DNA from: Thermococcus sp. JdFR-02
Lineage (GTDB): Archaea; Methanobacteriota_B; Thermococci; Thermococcales; Thermococcaceae
Direction: 5' to 3'
NCBI GenBank assembly: GCA_002009975.1
Contig: MTLP01000002.1
Span: forward strand, 34,795 to 98,794
Length of the DNA: 64,000 nucleotides
How positions within the stretch are numbered: the stretch's first letter is position 1; every line of letters starts with the position of its first letter. The notes beneath the pieces are model-generated. The model worked only from the letters and a program-made list of their open reading frames with translations, had not been told where the DNA came from and searched no databases. The position numbers and the translations under genes were made by a program. Shown piece after piece: positions 33,031 through 44,351 of the stretch.

Positions 33031-33453
33031 ATGAAGGTTGTAAACTGGCATGGAACAGAAATAGCAATAGCTAAGATATCACTTAAAGATACCTCTTGGC
33101 TATTTAACGAACTTGATGAAAGCATGCAAGTTGCAAGTGTCGAATGCTGGGAACAATTAGCATTTGCAACTATAGTTTCATTGAAATCTTTCGAAAGAGG
33201 CACAAACAAAGCCAGAACAATTAAAGGGGAGATTCTGTTGAGGCTAGCAGGCACAATACAAATTCATGAGGCAATAAAACAAATAGGGGCAAAGGAAGGA
33301 GAAAACTTTATTGTCTCCTTTGGAAAAGATGCAGATAAAAGGTTGAGAGATTTCTTAATAAAGCATAACTTAAAGGAAATTCTGATAAAAGACTGCAAAA
33401 AAGAAAAGGTAAAGGATTTGATGGAACTTTCTGCAGTGGTTGATGTTATCTAA
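33031..33453 (+). CDS. cgi121: KEOPS subunit Cgi121
   Basis: GEILLRLAGT.QI.EAI..IG. Confidence 0.8.
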   Translation: MKVVNWHGTEIAIAKISLKDTSWLFNELDESMQVASVECWEQLAFATIVSLKSFERGTNKARTIKGEILLRLAGTIQIHEAIKQIGAKEGENFIVSFGKDADKRLRDFLIKHNLKEILIKDCKKEKVKDLMELSAVVDVI

Positions 33454-33598
33454 ATAACCCTCATGTTTATGAAAACTTTTTCAAAAATCCTCAAAATACA
33501 CAAAATAATTTCCGAATTTTCTAAACTGATGCAAATTCTATCTTCGATAATTTTATAAGCTCTTTTACGTGCCAATAAAATGCAGAGGGGTGATATTC

Positions 33599-34777
33599 AT
33601 GCGCTATAAAACCCGTACTTATTTCATAGCTGAGCGTATAGCATTAATTCAGCGCTCAAAAATTAGAGAACTCTTTGAACGGGCTTCAAAAATGGAAAAT
33701 GTGATTTCTCTTGGAATTGGAGAACCAGATTTCGATACTCCACAAAACATTAAAGAAGCTGCTAAAAAGGCTTTAGATGAAGGATGGACACACTATACTC
33801 CAAATGCTGGAATTTTAGAGCTTAGACAAGCAATAAAAGAGTATTATAAGGATTTTTACGGAATTGACATTTCAGAAAGCAACATAATAGTAACTGCTGG
33901 TGCGTATGAGGCAACATATCTAGCTTTTGAAAGCCTCTTAGAGAAAGGAGACGAAGTTATAATACCAGATCCAGCTTTCGTTTGCTATGTTGAAGATGCA
34001 AAAGTTGCAGAGGCTACTCCGATTAGACTTGCTCTAAAGGAAGAGAATAACTTTCAACCCGACCCAGATGAACTTTTAGAGTTAATTACAAAGAGAACAA
34101 GAATGATAGTTGTTAATTACCCCAACAACCCAACTGGAGCGACGATTGATGAGAAAATAGTCAAAGCAATTGCAGATATTGCTCAAGATTATAACATCTA
34201 CATCTTAAGTGATGAGCCCTATGAACACTTTCTCTATGATGGAGCCAAGCATTATCCAATGCTTAAATATGCTCCAGAACATACAATTTTAGCAAATAGC
34301 TTTTCTAAGACCTTTGCAATGACCGGCTGGCGTTTAGGCTTTGCAGTTGCTCCTGAAGAGATCATTAAAGGCATGATAAAGCTCCATGCTTATGTGATAG
34401 GGAATGTTGCATCTTTTATTCAAGTCGCAGGGGTTACGGCTTTAAGGGATCCAAAGAGCTGGGAAGCTGTTGAAAAGATGAGAAAGGAATATGAGGAAAG
34501 AAGGGAAATAGTTCTGAATTATTTGAAAGAGATGCCTTACATAAAGACCTTTGAACCTAAAGGAGCATTCTACATTTTTGCAAACATAAAGGAGACTGGA
34601 ATGAAGAGCGAACAATTCAGCGAGTGGCTTTTAGAAAAGGCAAAAGTCGTTGTTGTCCCAGGAACAGCATTTGGAAAGCAAGGAGAAGGTTACGTGAGGA
34701 TTTCATATGCAACAAAGAAAGAAAAGTTAATCGAAGCTATGGAGAGAATGAAAAAAGCTCTGGAGGAGCTAAAGTGA
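33599..34777 (+). CDS. Class I/II PLP aminotransferase
   Basis: GEPDF, NYPNNPTG, SDEPYE, SFSKTFAMTGWRLG. Confidence 0.92.
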   Translation: MRYKTRTYFIAERIALIQRSKIRELFERASKMENVISLGIGEPDFDTPQNIKEAAKKALDEGWTHYTPNAGILELRQAIKEYYKDFYGIDISESNIIVTAGAYEATYLAFESLLEKGDEVIIPDPAFVCYVEDAKVAEATPIRLALKEENNFQPDPDELLELITKRTRMIVVNYPNNPTGATIDEKIVKAIADIAQDYNIYILSDEPYEHFLYDGAKHYPMLKYAPEHTILANSFSKTFAMTGWRLGFAVAPEEIIKGMIKLHAYVIGNVASFIQVAGVTALRDPKSWEAVEKMRKEYEERREIVLNYLKEMPYIKTFEPKGAFYIFANIKETGMKSEQFSEWLLEKAKVVVVPGTAFGKQGEGYVRISYATKKEKLIEAMERMKKALEELK

Positions 34778-35037
34778 AGGAAGTACTTTATGTCTTCATT
34801 GCAATTTTTTTAGCTGAGCTCGGCGATAAAACACAGCTCGCCACAATTGCCTTCGCATCCAAGTATGGCTGGGTTAAAGCGTTCGTTGGTGCAATACTCG
34901 GTTTAGCTGTTGTTAATTTGATTGGAGCATTTATAGGAGAAAAGATAGGGGAGGCTCTACCTATAGAGCTTATTCACAAAGGAGCTGGAGTTTTGTTTAT
35001 TCTCTTTGGCATTTTGATGTTAACTGGAAAAATGTAG
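34774..35037 (+). CDS. UPF0016/GDT1 family membrane protein (single repeat)
   Basis: ELGDKTQ motif; GTGA overlap with upstream stop. Confidence 0.85.
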   Translation: MKEVLYVFIAIFLAELGDKTQLATIAFASKYGWVKAFVGAILGLAVVNLIGAFIGEKIGEALPIELIHKGAGVLFILFGILMLTGKM

Positions 35038-35117
35038 TTGACATTTGTAGTGTAAATTTCGAAAAATATTTATTCACAAAAGAAGAGTGGAATTCAATAG
35101 TTAGGAGGGATGCAAAA

Positions 35118-36593
35118 ATGGAAATTACAACCCAGTTCATTATTGTGATGGCGTATTTTTTAATAGTAATTGGAGTTGGAGTTTTTGCAACAAAATTGGT
35201 TAAAACCTCCAAGGACATTTTGGTGGCAGGAAGAAATTTGGGTTTAGCACTAACAACTGTTGCAATTGCAGCTGAGTGGCTTGGAGGGACAAGCACAGTG
35301 GCTGTTGGTCAATGGGCGTTTAAATATGGAATTAGTCCAATTTGGTACAACATCTCCACTTCTATAGGAATGTTTCTATTTGGATTAACTTGGGCTGCTC
35401 TATACAGAAAGATGCAAGTTTACACTGTTCCAGAAATGATTGAAAGGGTTTATGATAGAAGAACTAGGTTAACTTCAGCTATCTTCTTTATTGCCGCTTA
35501 CCTCCTTCTCTCAGCAGTTCAAATTGGTGCCATTGGAGCCCTGTTTAGCGGTGCTTTGAAAATGGATATTAACACTGCAATAATCATAGCAGGTTTGGGA
35601 ATCACAATTTACACCTTAGCTGGAGGAATGTATAGTGTAGCTTTAACTAATTTTATCCACGTTTTCGTTATCTGGGGTGGAATGATAGCTGCTTATCTCT
35701 TCTATATGTCAAAAGTTGGTTGGTATGATGGAATTAGAGTTGCTCTTGACAACTGGGCTGCTCAAGGAGCTATCAAGCTTACAAGCGAGAAGGCTTTAAG
35801 CCCCTTTGGTATGGGACGTTCAGTTGTTTTAGCTTGGATTCTCGGTGGTATAACAGGGACCTTTGCAGCTCAAGCTAGTGTTCAACCAGTCTTTGCCGCT
35901 AAGGACTGGAAAACTGCTAAGAGAGCTGCTCTACTCACTCCATTAATAGTTGCACCACTTGGTTTCCTCGTTACAAGTATAGTTTTAGCAGCTATTTCCC
36001 TACATGGCAACTATGTCGGAACTGAGACTAGATTAGCATTTCCGTTGGCTCTAATGTATATACCAAATCCAATAATCGGTGGAATTGCAATGGCTGGTGT
36101 TTTTGCTGCAATAGCCTCAACCGAAGCTCCTATTCTCTTGGGAATGGCAACTATGTTTGTTAGAGATGTATATTCAACAAAAATAAAACCAGGAGCAAAA
36201 GATAAAGAGGTCCTCCTAGCAACTCGTGTAACAACTTTTGCTGTGGGAATAATAAGCATAATTATGGCTCTTGTGATCAAAGAACTACCAATAGCAACTT
36301 ATGTAAACTATGCAATGAGAGGAGCAGTATTTGTAATCTTAGCATTGGCTATTTATTGGGCTAAACCCTCTTCAAAGGCTGCAATAATTTCAATATACTC
36401 AGCATTAATAACTGCAATCATATGGTACGCCTATTACATGACCCACAAGAGCTATCCACATGGAATTCACATAGTTTACGCAACTCTCTTTGTGTCCTTT
36501 GTGATTGCACTCTTAGTGACCTATTTAGTCCCAGGTGGAAAAAGGGATATAACTCCAAAAGAACTCTTAGTGCCACCCGAGGGAGAAGAATAA
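35118..36593 (+). CDS. Sodium:solute symporter family protein
   Basis: AGRNLG, YTLAGGMYSVALT; about 13 TM segments. Confidence 0.88.
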   Translation: MEITTQFIIVMAYFLIVIGVGVFATKLVKTSKDILVAGRNLGLALTTVAIAAEWLGGTSTVAVGQWAFKYGISPIWYNISTSIGMFLFGLTWAALYRKMQVYTVPEMIERVYDRRTRLTSAIFFIAAYLLLSAVQIGAIGALFSGALKMDINTAIIIAGLGITIYTLAGGMYSVALTNFIHVFVIWGGMIAAYLFYMSKVGWYDGIRVALDNWAAQGAIKLTSEKALSPFGMGRSVVLAWILGGITGTFAAQASVQPVFAAKDWKTAKRAALLTPLIVAPLGFLVTSIVLAAISLHGNYVGTETRLAFPLALMYIPNPIIGGIAMAGVFAAIASTEAPILLGMATMFVRDVYSTKIKPGAKDKEVLLATRVTTFAVGIISIIMALVIKELPIATYVNYAMRGAVFVILALAIYWAKPSSKAAIISIYSALITAIIWYAYYMTHKSYPHGIHIVYATLFVSFVIALLVTYLVPGGKRDITPKELLVPPEGEE

Positions 36594-36922
36594 TGAAAGA
36601 AGCAAAAATTTTAGTTTTGTCTTTTTTCCTTTTAATGACTCTCTATTTCTTTGGGATTGGTTTGCTTAGCCTTTATGATAGAATGACCTTTCTCGGATTC
36701 TGGATTATAGGCTCAATCCATTTATTGGTAGCATTTGGAATCTTTTTAGGGAAGAGGATTGCTGTAAACATAGGAACATACATTGCCCTCTTAGACTTTG
36801 TTTTCGGACTTTTATGGGTCATTATAAGTTTTGAAATAGCTTCAATAACATTGGCGGTTTTATCAGCTTTAGCTTTGTTTCTTTTAACAGATGAAGATGT
36901 TAGGATGGAATTAGCGGGCTAA
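36593..36922 (+). CDS. Small membrane protein
   Basis: TAATG overlap with symporter; four hydrophobic segments. Confidence 0.65.
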   Translation: MKEAKILVLSFFLLMTLYFFGIGLLSLYDRMTFLGFWIIGSIHLLVAFGIFLGKRIAVNIGTYIALLDFVFGLLWVIISFEIASITLAVLSALALFLLTDEDVRMELAG

Positions 36923-37062
36923 AACACTATTTCTTAGCTCAACATAATCTAACATTAGCTTTTAAATCCATTGCTCATTTTTAAGTTTTTTCCGTCTATT
37001 TTTGCAAAATTCGCAAAATCTAATCGAAACATATATTGGGCTGAAATGCATAAAGTAAGCAG

Positions 37063-38403
37063 GTGGTACTTGTGAAGGTTGATGAAATAATTGAACGCTA
37101 TAACAAAGTTTTTTGTAAAGCCGCCCGTGTCACTTATGCACCCATTGTTGGCGTTAGAGCCAAAAATGCCAAGGTTTGGGACATAGAAGGAAAAGAATAT
37201 ATTGACTTCCTTTCGGATGCTGCTGTTCAAAATGTTGGACATAACAACGATAGGGTTGTTAAAGCTATTATAGAGCAAACAGAAAAGCTAATTCACTTCA
37301 CATTCATATACGGATTTCCAGTTGAACCTCTTCTACTAGCTGAAAAGTTAATAGAAATTTCGCCTATTAAAAACGCAAAAGTGACCTTTGGATTAAGCGG
37401 TGGACATGCAAATGATGGGGCAATAAAGTTCGTAAGAGCTTACACAAAGAGAAGAACATTATTGAGCTATTTAGGAAGTTACTTTGGTCCAACATATGGT
37501 GCAATGAGCATTACCGGTTTAGAGTTTGAAGTTAGAGCCTTAGTTGGAGAGCTAAGTGATGTTCACTATATTCCATTTCCTGATTGTTATAGGTGTCCCT
37601 TTGGTCAAACAAAAGAAAGCTGCCATTTTGAGTGTGTTGAATACATAAAGAAGAAGTTCGAGTATGAAGTTTATGCAGATGGTGTTGCCGCACTATTTGC
37701 AGAAGCTATCCAGGGAGATTCTGGAATGATTGTTCCTCCAGAGAACTACTTTAAGAAAGTTAAGAGAATTTTAGATGAGCATGGAATTTTGTTAGTAGTT
37801 GATGAAATTCAAACTGGTCTTGGAAGAACTGGAAAGTGGTTTGCAATAGAGCATTTTGATGTTGTTCCAGACATTATAACGATTGCCAAGCCATTAGGTG
37901 GAGGCTTGCCTATAAGTGCTGTGATTGGAAGGGAGGGGATAATGGAATCATTACCACCTTTGGGACATACATCAACCCTTAGCGGAAATCCTGTAACATG
38001 TAGGGCAGCCTTAGCTGTTATCGAAGAGATAGAGGAAAAAGACTTGCTTAGAAGAGCCGAAAAGCTTGGCAATTACACATTAAAGCGTTTAGAAAAAATG
38101 AAGAATGATCATGAACTTATTGGAGATGTGAGAGGAAAGGGATTAATGATAGGGGTTGATTTGGTTAAAGATAGAGAGACTAAAGAACGGGCTTATGATG
38201 AGGCTAAAAAAGTCGTTTGGAGAGCTTATGAGCTTGGCTTGATTCTAGCCTTCCTACACGGAAACGTTTTAAGGATTCAACCCCCTCTAACAATTGAAAA
38301 GGAAGTTTTAGATGAAGGTTTGGACAAGTTAGAGCAAGCTATAAGCGATGTTGAAGAGGGAAAAGTTGGAGATGAAGCACTAAAGAAAGTTCGTGGGTGG
38401 TGA
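37063..38403 (+). CDS. Class III PLP enzyme (aminotransferase or amino-acid racemase)
   Basis: [27 protein letters not shown]. Confidence 0.85.
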   Translation: MVLVKVDEIIERYNKVFCKAARVTYAPIVGVRAKNAKVWDIEGKEYIDFLSDAAVQNVGHNNDRVVKAIIEQTEKLIHFTFIYGFPVEPLLLAEKLIEISPIKNAKVTFGLSGGHANDGAIKFVRAYTKRRTLLSYLGSYFGPTYGAMSITGLEFEVRALVGELSDVHYIPFPDCYRCPFGQTKESCHFECVEYIKKKFEYEVYADGVAALFAEAIQGDSGMIVPPENYFKKVKRILDEHGILLVVDEIQTGLGRTGKWFAIEHFDVVPDIITIAKPLGGGLPISAVIGREGIMESLPPLGHTSTLSGNPVTCRAALAVIEEIEEKDLLRRAEKLGNYTLKRLEKMKNDHELIGDVRGKGLMIGVDLVKDRETKERAYDEAKKVVWRAYELGLILAFLHGNVLRIQPPLTIEKEVLDEGLDKLEQAISDVEEGKVGDEALKKVRGW

Positions 38404-38404
38404 A

Positions 38405-38746
38405 ATGGCAACTATTAAAGAGCTAACCCAAAAAATTGTAAAATTTAGAGATGAAAGAGAATGGAAGCAGTATCACACTCCAAAGAACTTGGCAATTTCA
38501 ATAGCTGTCGAGCTTGGAGAACTCCTAGAGCACTTTCAATGGGATACTAATGAGGAAATTCTTGAGAAAATTAAAGACAGAAAAGTTAGAGAAGAGCTTG
38601 AGGATGAAATAGCTGATGTTGCCATTTACATCATGCTCTTAGCCAACGAACTCAACATTGATCTTGAAAGGGCTATTTTGAAGAAACTAAAGAAAAACGA
38701 GGAAAAATATCCTGTTAAGAAATTTAAAGAAGGCGAAAGAATATAA
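38405..38746 (+). CDS. MazG-like nucleotide pyrophosphohydrolase
   Basis: FRDER.W..YHTPKNLA, ELGEL, EIADV. Confidence 0.85.
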   Translation: MATIKELTQKIVKFRDEREWKQYHTPKNLAISIAVELGELLEHFQWDTNEEILEKIKDRKVREELEDEIADVAIYIMLLANELNIDLERAILKKLKKNEEKYPVKKFKEGERI

Positions 38747-38748
38747 TT

Positions 38749-39981
38749 TTATTCTTCGTCTTCATCTTCCTCTTCATGTTCCCTTTCTCTATGTTCCTTC
38801 ATCTTCTCTTTAACCTTCTCCCTCTCTTCCTTTTCTTCGTGTCTCTCCTTGAATTTTTCCTTTATGTACATTTTGTTTTCATGGAAGGTGCTTTTGATGA
38901 ATTCTCTAAGCTCTTCAAGTATTTGCTGAGCTTTCTCATAGTCGCCATTTTCAAGGGCTTTTTCTGCTTGCTTTAATAACTCCTCTGCTTTCGTAATATT
39001 CAATCCCAAGTCCTCAAGCCTGTCAATCATTTTTTCAAGCTTTTCAATCTTAATCTCAAGCCTGAATTCAATGTGCTCCTCTAATTTCTCTTCAAATTCT
39101 TCATTTGCAAACCTTATTATTATTTCAGCATGTGCTTTTGCAGCTATTGCCTTTCCATAAGCCTTTCCATACTTTCCTTCACTGTAGGCTTCCTTTGCAT
39201 CCTCAAGCTCTTCTTCTGCCAATTCTAAGAGCTTTGGAGCACTTGGGATTGTAACGTTCTCAATCAAGCTCTTTGCAAGATTTGTTCTGTTTTCTGCAAG
39301 TTGTATCGCTTCCCATGCCATATCTGCTGTTATTGTAACATTTTCCTCTGTTATGTTTGCCCTCACCCTCTCTCTAACCCTCTCCATAATTTCCTCTACT
39401 ATCTCTTCGGAGAGAGATGTTTTGATTACAATGACTTTCTTGACCTTAATAAGCTCTAAAACTCTTGTTTGATTGTCTTCATAGCCTTCACCAACATAGA
39501 GTACTAGGACATTTTTAAGTCCTTTAGCTTTTTCTATAGCACCTAAGTCCATTCCAGGTGCAATGACAATCTTAACATTCTCAAATAGTTCTGGGTAGTT
39601 TTCAAGCAGATATTCTAGAACTTCTACGTTTGTTTCATATCTGTTTTCTCCCCAAATCCTTGCATATTCAATGCCAAGTTCCTGCAAGTCTTTCTCGTAT
39701 TGCTTAGGAACAGCCGCTGGACCTCCAATTATCAAAACTTTATCTGGGGCATGGCTCACTATTTCCGATGTCACATTCGGATCATAGACTCCCCACACAG
39801 TCACAACTATTGACAGGTTCAAGTTCTCGCTTATTTTTTGGGCTAAAGTATAGTCTGCCTCATTATCACTAACCAATATTACGATATTAACATTGGTTCC
39901 TTGAGCTTTAGTAAATGGTGCTGGCAACACTGCTAAAACCAAAATACCAAGGGTAATTGACAGAACTTTTTTCCACATCAT
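38749..39981 (-). CDS. Secreted cell-surface protein (cell-wall-binding-2/S-layer-like domain plus helical repeats)
   Basis: Signal peptide, IIGGPAAV, RIWGENRYETN. Confidence 0.7.
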   Translation of the reverse strand: MMWKKVLSITLGILVLAVLPAPFTKAQGTNVNIVILVSDNEADYTLAQKISENLNLSIVVTVWGVYDPNVTSEIVSHAPDKVLIIGGPAAVPKQYEKDLQELGIEYARIWGENRYETNVEVLEYLLENYPELFENVKIVIAPGMDLGAIEKAKGLKNVLVLYVGEGYEDNQTRVLELIKVKKVIVIKTSLSEEIVEEIMERVRERVRANITEENVTITADMAWEAIQLAENRTNLAKSLIENVTIPSAPKLLELAEEELEDAKEAYSEGKYGKAYGKAIAAKAHAEIIIRFANEEFEEKLEEHIEFRLEIKIEKLEKMIDRLEDLGLNITKAEELLKQAEKALENGDYEKAQQILEELREFIKSTFHENKMYIKEKFKERHEEKEEREKVKEKMKEHREREHEEEDEDEE

Positions 39982-40197
39982 ATCTTACCACCTCATTATT
40001 TATTAGCAAATAACCATTATTTAAGCTTTTTTCACGAAATCGTTAACTAACGTTCGTTTTTGTTTACAAAAAAGGTTCTAGAGAGTATTTTTGCATTCTA
40101 ACCGTTAAAGAAGGTTTTTGAGTGTTTATCAATGTTTATACTAAATTTTTAACGTTAAAACTAAGAAAATAAGAGCTAAGAAAGGTTTTCTAAGGTA

Positions 40198-41358
40198 TTA
40201 AAGCCCAATACATTTATTTAACATCTCAAGTGTACACTCTCGAATCTCTAATTTTCTTCCTAAGGCTCCAAGAAACTTTAACCCAGAACCCGTTATAATG
40301 CTAACTATCCTTTCGCCTTTTGAAATTTCCTTTTCTTTCCTGAGCTCCTTTAAAGCAGCTATTCCAACTGTTGAAGCTGGTTGGGCAAATATTCCCTCCT
40401 TAGCAAGTTCTTTTTGAGCATTTAGAATTTCCTCATCACTTACAGCAATGCAAAAACCTTTGTATTTCCTGAGCTTTCTTAAAACATCGTTTCCGCTTGG
40501 TGGATATGGGTTTTCAATTGCATGGGCTATAGTGTTTGGATTTTTAAAATGCACGATTCTATCCTTCCCTTCAATGAAAGCTTTGTATATTGGTGAGCAT
40601 CCTTGGGCTTGAACACAAATTAAAGTTGGAATCTCTTCAATTATCTTGCTCTCTTTTAGCTCCAAGAATCCCTTTAGAATTCCTCTAAAAAGACCTCCAG
40701 AACTCGTTGGAATTAGAACATAATCAGGAACAAAACTTTCAACAATTTCGAAGCTTATCGTTTTATAACCTTCAATTCTAAATGGATCGTCTGAGTTTAT
40801 GAAGTATATCCTGTTTTTTCTCCCAATTTCAAGGCTCTTAAAATAAAGCTCCCCATAATCACCAAGTACTTTAATTAACTTTGGTTCATAAACAGCTATC
40901 GGCAAGAGCTTTTCTTCCGGAATAGTCGATGATACAAGGATATATGTTTCTAATCCGAATCTTTGACCGTAAGATGCAACACTTGCCGCCATATTTCCAG
41001 TTGAAACCGTACCTATTTTCCTAAAACCTAATTTCAAAGCTCTATGGATTCCAACAAAAGTTCCTCTATCCTTGAAGCTCCATGTTGGATTTAAGGTCTC
41101 ATTTTTAATGTAAAGTTCAACTTCAAGTTCCTTTGAAAGCTTTTGAACTTTTGTTAAAGGAGTATCTCCTTCTCCTAAGCTGTATTCAATCTCAAGCTCA
41201 AAAGGATAAAAATCCCTATAACGCTCCCAGACAGTTTTCCCTTCTCTAATTTCACCCTTTAAAAGCTCTAACTCTAAAGGTTCATTACAAATTTCACACC
41301 TTTGAATAAAGCTTTCCAGAGGATATTCTCTTCCACACTTTGTACATCTAAGCTTCAT
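40198..41358 (-). CDS. thrC: Threonine synthase family PLP enzyme
   Basis: LGEGDTPL, NPTWSFKDRG, STGNMAAS, TGSGLK; start placed at ATG 41358. Confidence 0.8.
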   Translation of the reverse strand: MKLRCTKCGREYPLESFIQRCEICNEPLELELLKGEIREGKTVWERYRDFYPFELEIEYSLGEGDTPLTKVQKLSKELEVELYIKNETLNPTWSFKDRGTFVGIHRALKLGFRKIGTVSTGNMAASVASYGQRFGLETYILVSSTIPEEKLLPIAVYEPKLIKVLGDYGELYFKSLEIGRKNRIYFINSDDPFRIEGYKTISFEIVESFVPDYVLIPTSSGGLFRGILKGFLELKESKIIEEIPTLICVQAQGCSPIYKAFIEGKDRIVHFKNPNTIAHAIENPYPPSGNDVLRKLRKYKGFCIAVSDEEILNAQKELAKEGIFAQPASTVGIAALKELRKEKEISKGERIVSIITGSGLKFLGALGRKLEIRECTLEMLNKCIGL

Positions 41359-41362
41359 GAAA

Positions 41363-42223
41363 TCACCTACCAAACTTTCCCAAAACCTCTCTAATAATTT
41401 TTGCAGCAGCAAATGAGCTTATTCCCTTATAATCATATTCAGGACAGAGTTCAACTATATCAAACCCAACGATTTCACACTCAAACCGATGTATTATTTC
41501 TATAAGCTCTCTTGTAGATAAGCCTCCTGGTTCAGGATTTCCAACTCCCGGAGCATACGCTGGATCCAGTACATCCATGTCAAAGGATAGGTATGCTTTT
41601 TTCATTCTTACATTAACAACGGGATTATTGTAAACATCCTTAGTCGTTATGATCCTTATGCCTTTTTCTCTTGCAAAATTAATCTGGTCTTGAGTAGGAG
41701 CCCTTATTCCAATTTGAATTATATCTCTAGGATTAACAATCTCTTCTTCAACTAATCTTCTAACGACACATGCATGTGAATATTTGTTGCCCATGTATTC
41801 TTCGTACAAATCAGGATGTGCATCAAAGTATATCAACCCAAAATCTTCTCCTGATGCCTCTTTTAAAGCCCTAACAGTTTGATATGTAATTGAGTGGTCA
41901 CCACCAAGAAATAAAAACAATGCCTCTTTTTTATAATTCGCTCGAATTATTGCGGAAACTTCTTCATAAACATCCATAAATTCTCTATTGCTAACATCTA
42001 TGTCCCCTAAATCCTTCAATTTCCAAACTCTGCTTAAATCCACAAGAGTTTCAGAAAAGCTGTTATATAACAGACCTGTAGTAGCCTCTCTTATTTCCTT
42101 TGGAGCTTTTCTCGCCCCTCGTCTGAAAGAAGAAGAGTTATCCCAAGGAATTCCAAGGACATAAAAATTAGCATCCTCAGAAAAGGGAATACCAAAGAAA
42201 GGCAACTCATCCATAAACCTCAC
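41363..42223 (-). CDS. speB: Agmatinase / ureohydrolase
   Basis: GGDHS, DAHPD, SFDMDVLDP, PEPGG. Confidence 0.82.
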   Translation of the reverse strand: MRFMDELPFFGIPFSEDANFYVLGIPWDNSSSFRRGARKAPKEIREATTGLLYNSFSETLVDLSRVWKLKDLGDIDVSNREFMDVYEEVSAIIRANYKKEALFLFLGGDHSITYQTVRALKEASGEDFGLIYFDAHPDLYEEYMGNKYSHACVVRRLVEEEIVNPRDIIQIGIRAPTQDQINFAREKGIRIITTKDVYNNPVVNVRMKKAYLSFDMDVLDPAYAPGVGNPEPGGLSTRELIEIIHRFECEIVGFDIVELCPEYDYKGISSFAAAKIIREVLGKFGR

Positions 42224-42552
42224 CAGACTTTAACTCCTACTGGAACTTCTTCACTGAGTGTTATTAGGTAAACTTTTCCCTCTTTGTCTTCAGCTACAAT
42301 CAGCATCGCCTGGCTTTCAACACCTGCTATTTTCTTAGGTTTGAGGTTCGTTACAAAAATCATCTTCTTTCCAATAAAATCTTCTGCTTCGTATTGGTCA
42401 CCTATTCCAGCTACTACTGTTCTAGTCTCATCTCCAAAATCCACAACCAATTTCAAAAGCTTTTTAGTTCTAGGAATTCTTTGAGCTTCCCTAATTAGCC
42501 CAACTTTCATTTTAAATTTCCAAAATTCTTCTACATCATAAACTTCTGACAT
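42220..42552 (-). CDS. tRNA-binding OB-fold protein (Trbp111/CsaA-like)
   Basis: KLLKLVVDFG, NLKPKKIAGVESQ. Confidence 0.85.
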   Translation of the reverse strand: MSEVYDVEEFWKFKMKVGLIREAQRIPRTKKLLKLVVDFGDETRTVVAGIGDQYEAEDFIGKKMIFVTNLKPKKIAGVESQAMLIVAEDKEGKVYLITLSEEVPVGVKVW

Positions 42553-42699
42553 TTAACTCCCTCCCCTTCTCTATCTCATCGATAATATATGAAAATTTTG
42601 GAGAGATGAGCCGATAGTTAAACACCACTTGGACAGAGTTATCTTTTGCAATTTGATTTCTCCATAAATTTTTAAAGCTCCTTAACATTAAATTTTCTC

Positions 42700-43290
42700 G
42701 TGAGCTCTATGAAGCAGGTTAAATTCTATAAAATTGCATCTTCAAACGTAATCACAGATCATATACCTCCAAGGATTAGTCAGGATAATATTAAAAATTT
42801 CAAAATAATGATAATGTCAAAAATAGTGCAGGATTTGAGGGATATCTATTTGGTGAATCCATACTATACACGACCTCTTTTAGTGTTTTCTCCAGACCTT
42901 ATTCATGCTAGCTTTGGCAAGACATTCTATGCCATTGAAAGTGAAGTTGAGAACCTCCTTAATAGGTGGGCTAATCTTTCTCAAACCCTCGCAATAAATG
43001 AAATGACCCCAGTAAATGCTAATAAGATAATTCTAAAAGAATTTTATGGGCTGGCATTGGAAAATGAGTTGTTGAGAGCTATCTTTAGGAAATCAAGAAA
43101 ATTAGCTTTTGTTGGAAGAGATGTAACTCTTTTTTCAGACAGAGGGCTGAGAGAACTTACGAGAAAAATGCTTAGCAGTAAGGGTGTATTGTTTGAATTT
43201 AACTGTTTCATTGGTGTTAAAAATTCTAGATCTCTAAGATTGATGTTGTTCCTCTTTGTTCCTGTAGAAAGAGAGTTAGAGTTTTTGTAA
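42700..43290 (+). CDS. Hypothetical protein
   Basis: 196-aa ORF with upstream TATA-like TTTTTAAA. Confidence 0.5.
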   Translation: MSSMKQVKFYKIASSNVITDHIPPRISQDNIKNFKIMIMSKIVQDLRDIYLVNPYYTRPLLVFSPDLIHASFGKTFYAIESEVENLLNRWANLSQTLAINEMTPVNANKIILKEFYGLALENELLRAIFRKSRKLAFVGRDVTLFSDRGLRELTRKMLSSKGVLFEFNCFIGVKNSRSLRLMLFLFVPVERELEFL

Positions 43291-43300
43291 GAGACAAAAA

Positions 43301-44059
43301 TCAAAACAGTTGGATATAACATTCCTTCGAGAGCTTGAGGGTATAATGGTATGGTGTAAATCCTGGAACTAAAGATTTGACAACCACAATAGTACTTTCT
43401 AAGCCAGAAGGACATATCTTTGAATTAAACTCTATAATCTGATCACTGAGACTGTAGAGCATGGCATTAATATGCTCTGGAACAGCATCTCTATTTAGAA
43501 GTGCAATTATGACGAGCTTGATATCTCTCATTGATTGCATTTCAATGCTTGCAAGTGAAAACCTGAGTATCTTGTGCATAACATCCTCATTAAAATTGTG
43601 ATACATTGTATCTAAGGTAGCTATTGCTCCAACAATTACCTTATCTTTAGGTATCTTTGACTCTAACTCCTTGTAAACATCCATTAGCTTAGAAACCCCA
43701 GTCTCATCGCTCCAATCTTCTATTTGGTAAACATATGTCTCATCCTCATGAATCTCATACTTTGATCCAAAGAGATCAATTATAAAAAGATTGCCTCTTT
43801 TACCATCTTCTTCAATATCCCACCCAAGATAATTGGCTCTTAACTTAAGCTTTGAAAGTGGTAGTGCTGTATTTAATATAACTCCAATTGCACCATTTTC
43901 TATCATCTGTTTAAGTATTTTCACTGCAAGAACCCATCCTAAAGATCTCTTATCATAATTTATTAACAAGATACCTTTATTGATCAAGCCCCCACCCAAA
44001 GCTTCATCTATGTCTCGTATGCCGGTTTTAAGTATTTCAACCCTCACCAAAATCACCAA
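43301..44059 (-). CDS. RAD55/KaiC-like RecA-fold protein lacking a recognisable Walker A
   Basis: LKTGIRDIDEALGGG start, IIDLFGSKY; no GxxxxGK[ST]. Confidence 0.7.
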   Translation of the reverse strand: MVILVRVEILKTGIRDIDEALGGGLINKGILLINYDKRSLGWVLAVKILKQMIENGAIGVILNTALPLSKLKLRANYLGWDIEEDGKRGNLFIIDLFGSKYEIHEDETYVYQIEDWSDETGVSKLMDVYKELESKIPKDKVIVGAIATLDTMYHNFNEDVMHKILRFSLASIEMQSMRDIKLVIIALLNRDAVPEHINAMLYSLSDQIIEFNSKICPSGLESTIVVVKSLVPGFTPYHYTLKLSKECYIQLF

Positions 44060-44351
44060 ATTTAGTTATTACTTAAAACCATAAAAACCTTTCACCATGT
44101 TCTTAACATAATATAGAAATAATGACCTTAATTATTAAGAAAGGTAACAAAAATATCAAAGAATGTGTACATTTTACACAAAATACACACTCAGAAAAAT
44201 AAAACAGAAAATAGGTTTATTTTTTAGAAAATCATGATGTTACATTTTTTCATATAGTTAACAATAAATGGCACTAATAATGACTTCAAATAGAATACTA
44301 ACAACAAATTTTTAAGTAAAAACATTCTAAATTTTACAATCAAAATGACAT

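Noticed and set aside
38749-38900. Pyrimidine-rich low-complexity tract as a repeat element
   Set aside because: Explained by the Glu/Lys/His-rich C-terminus of the surface protein.
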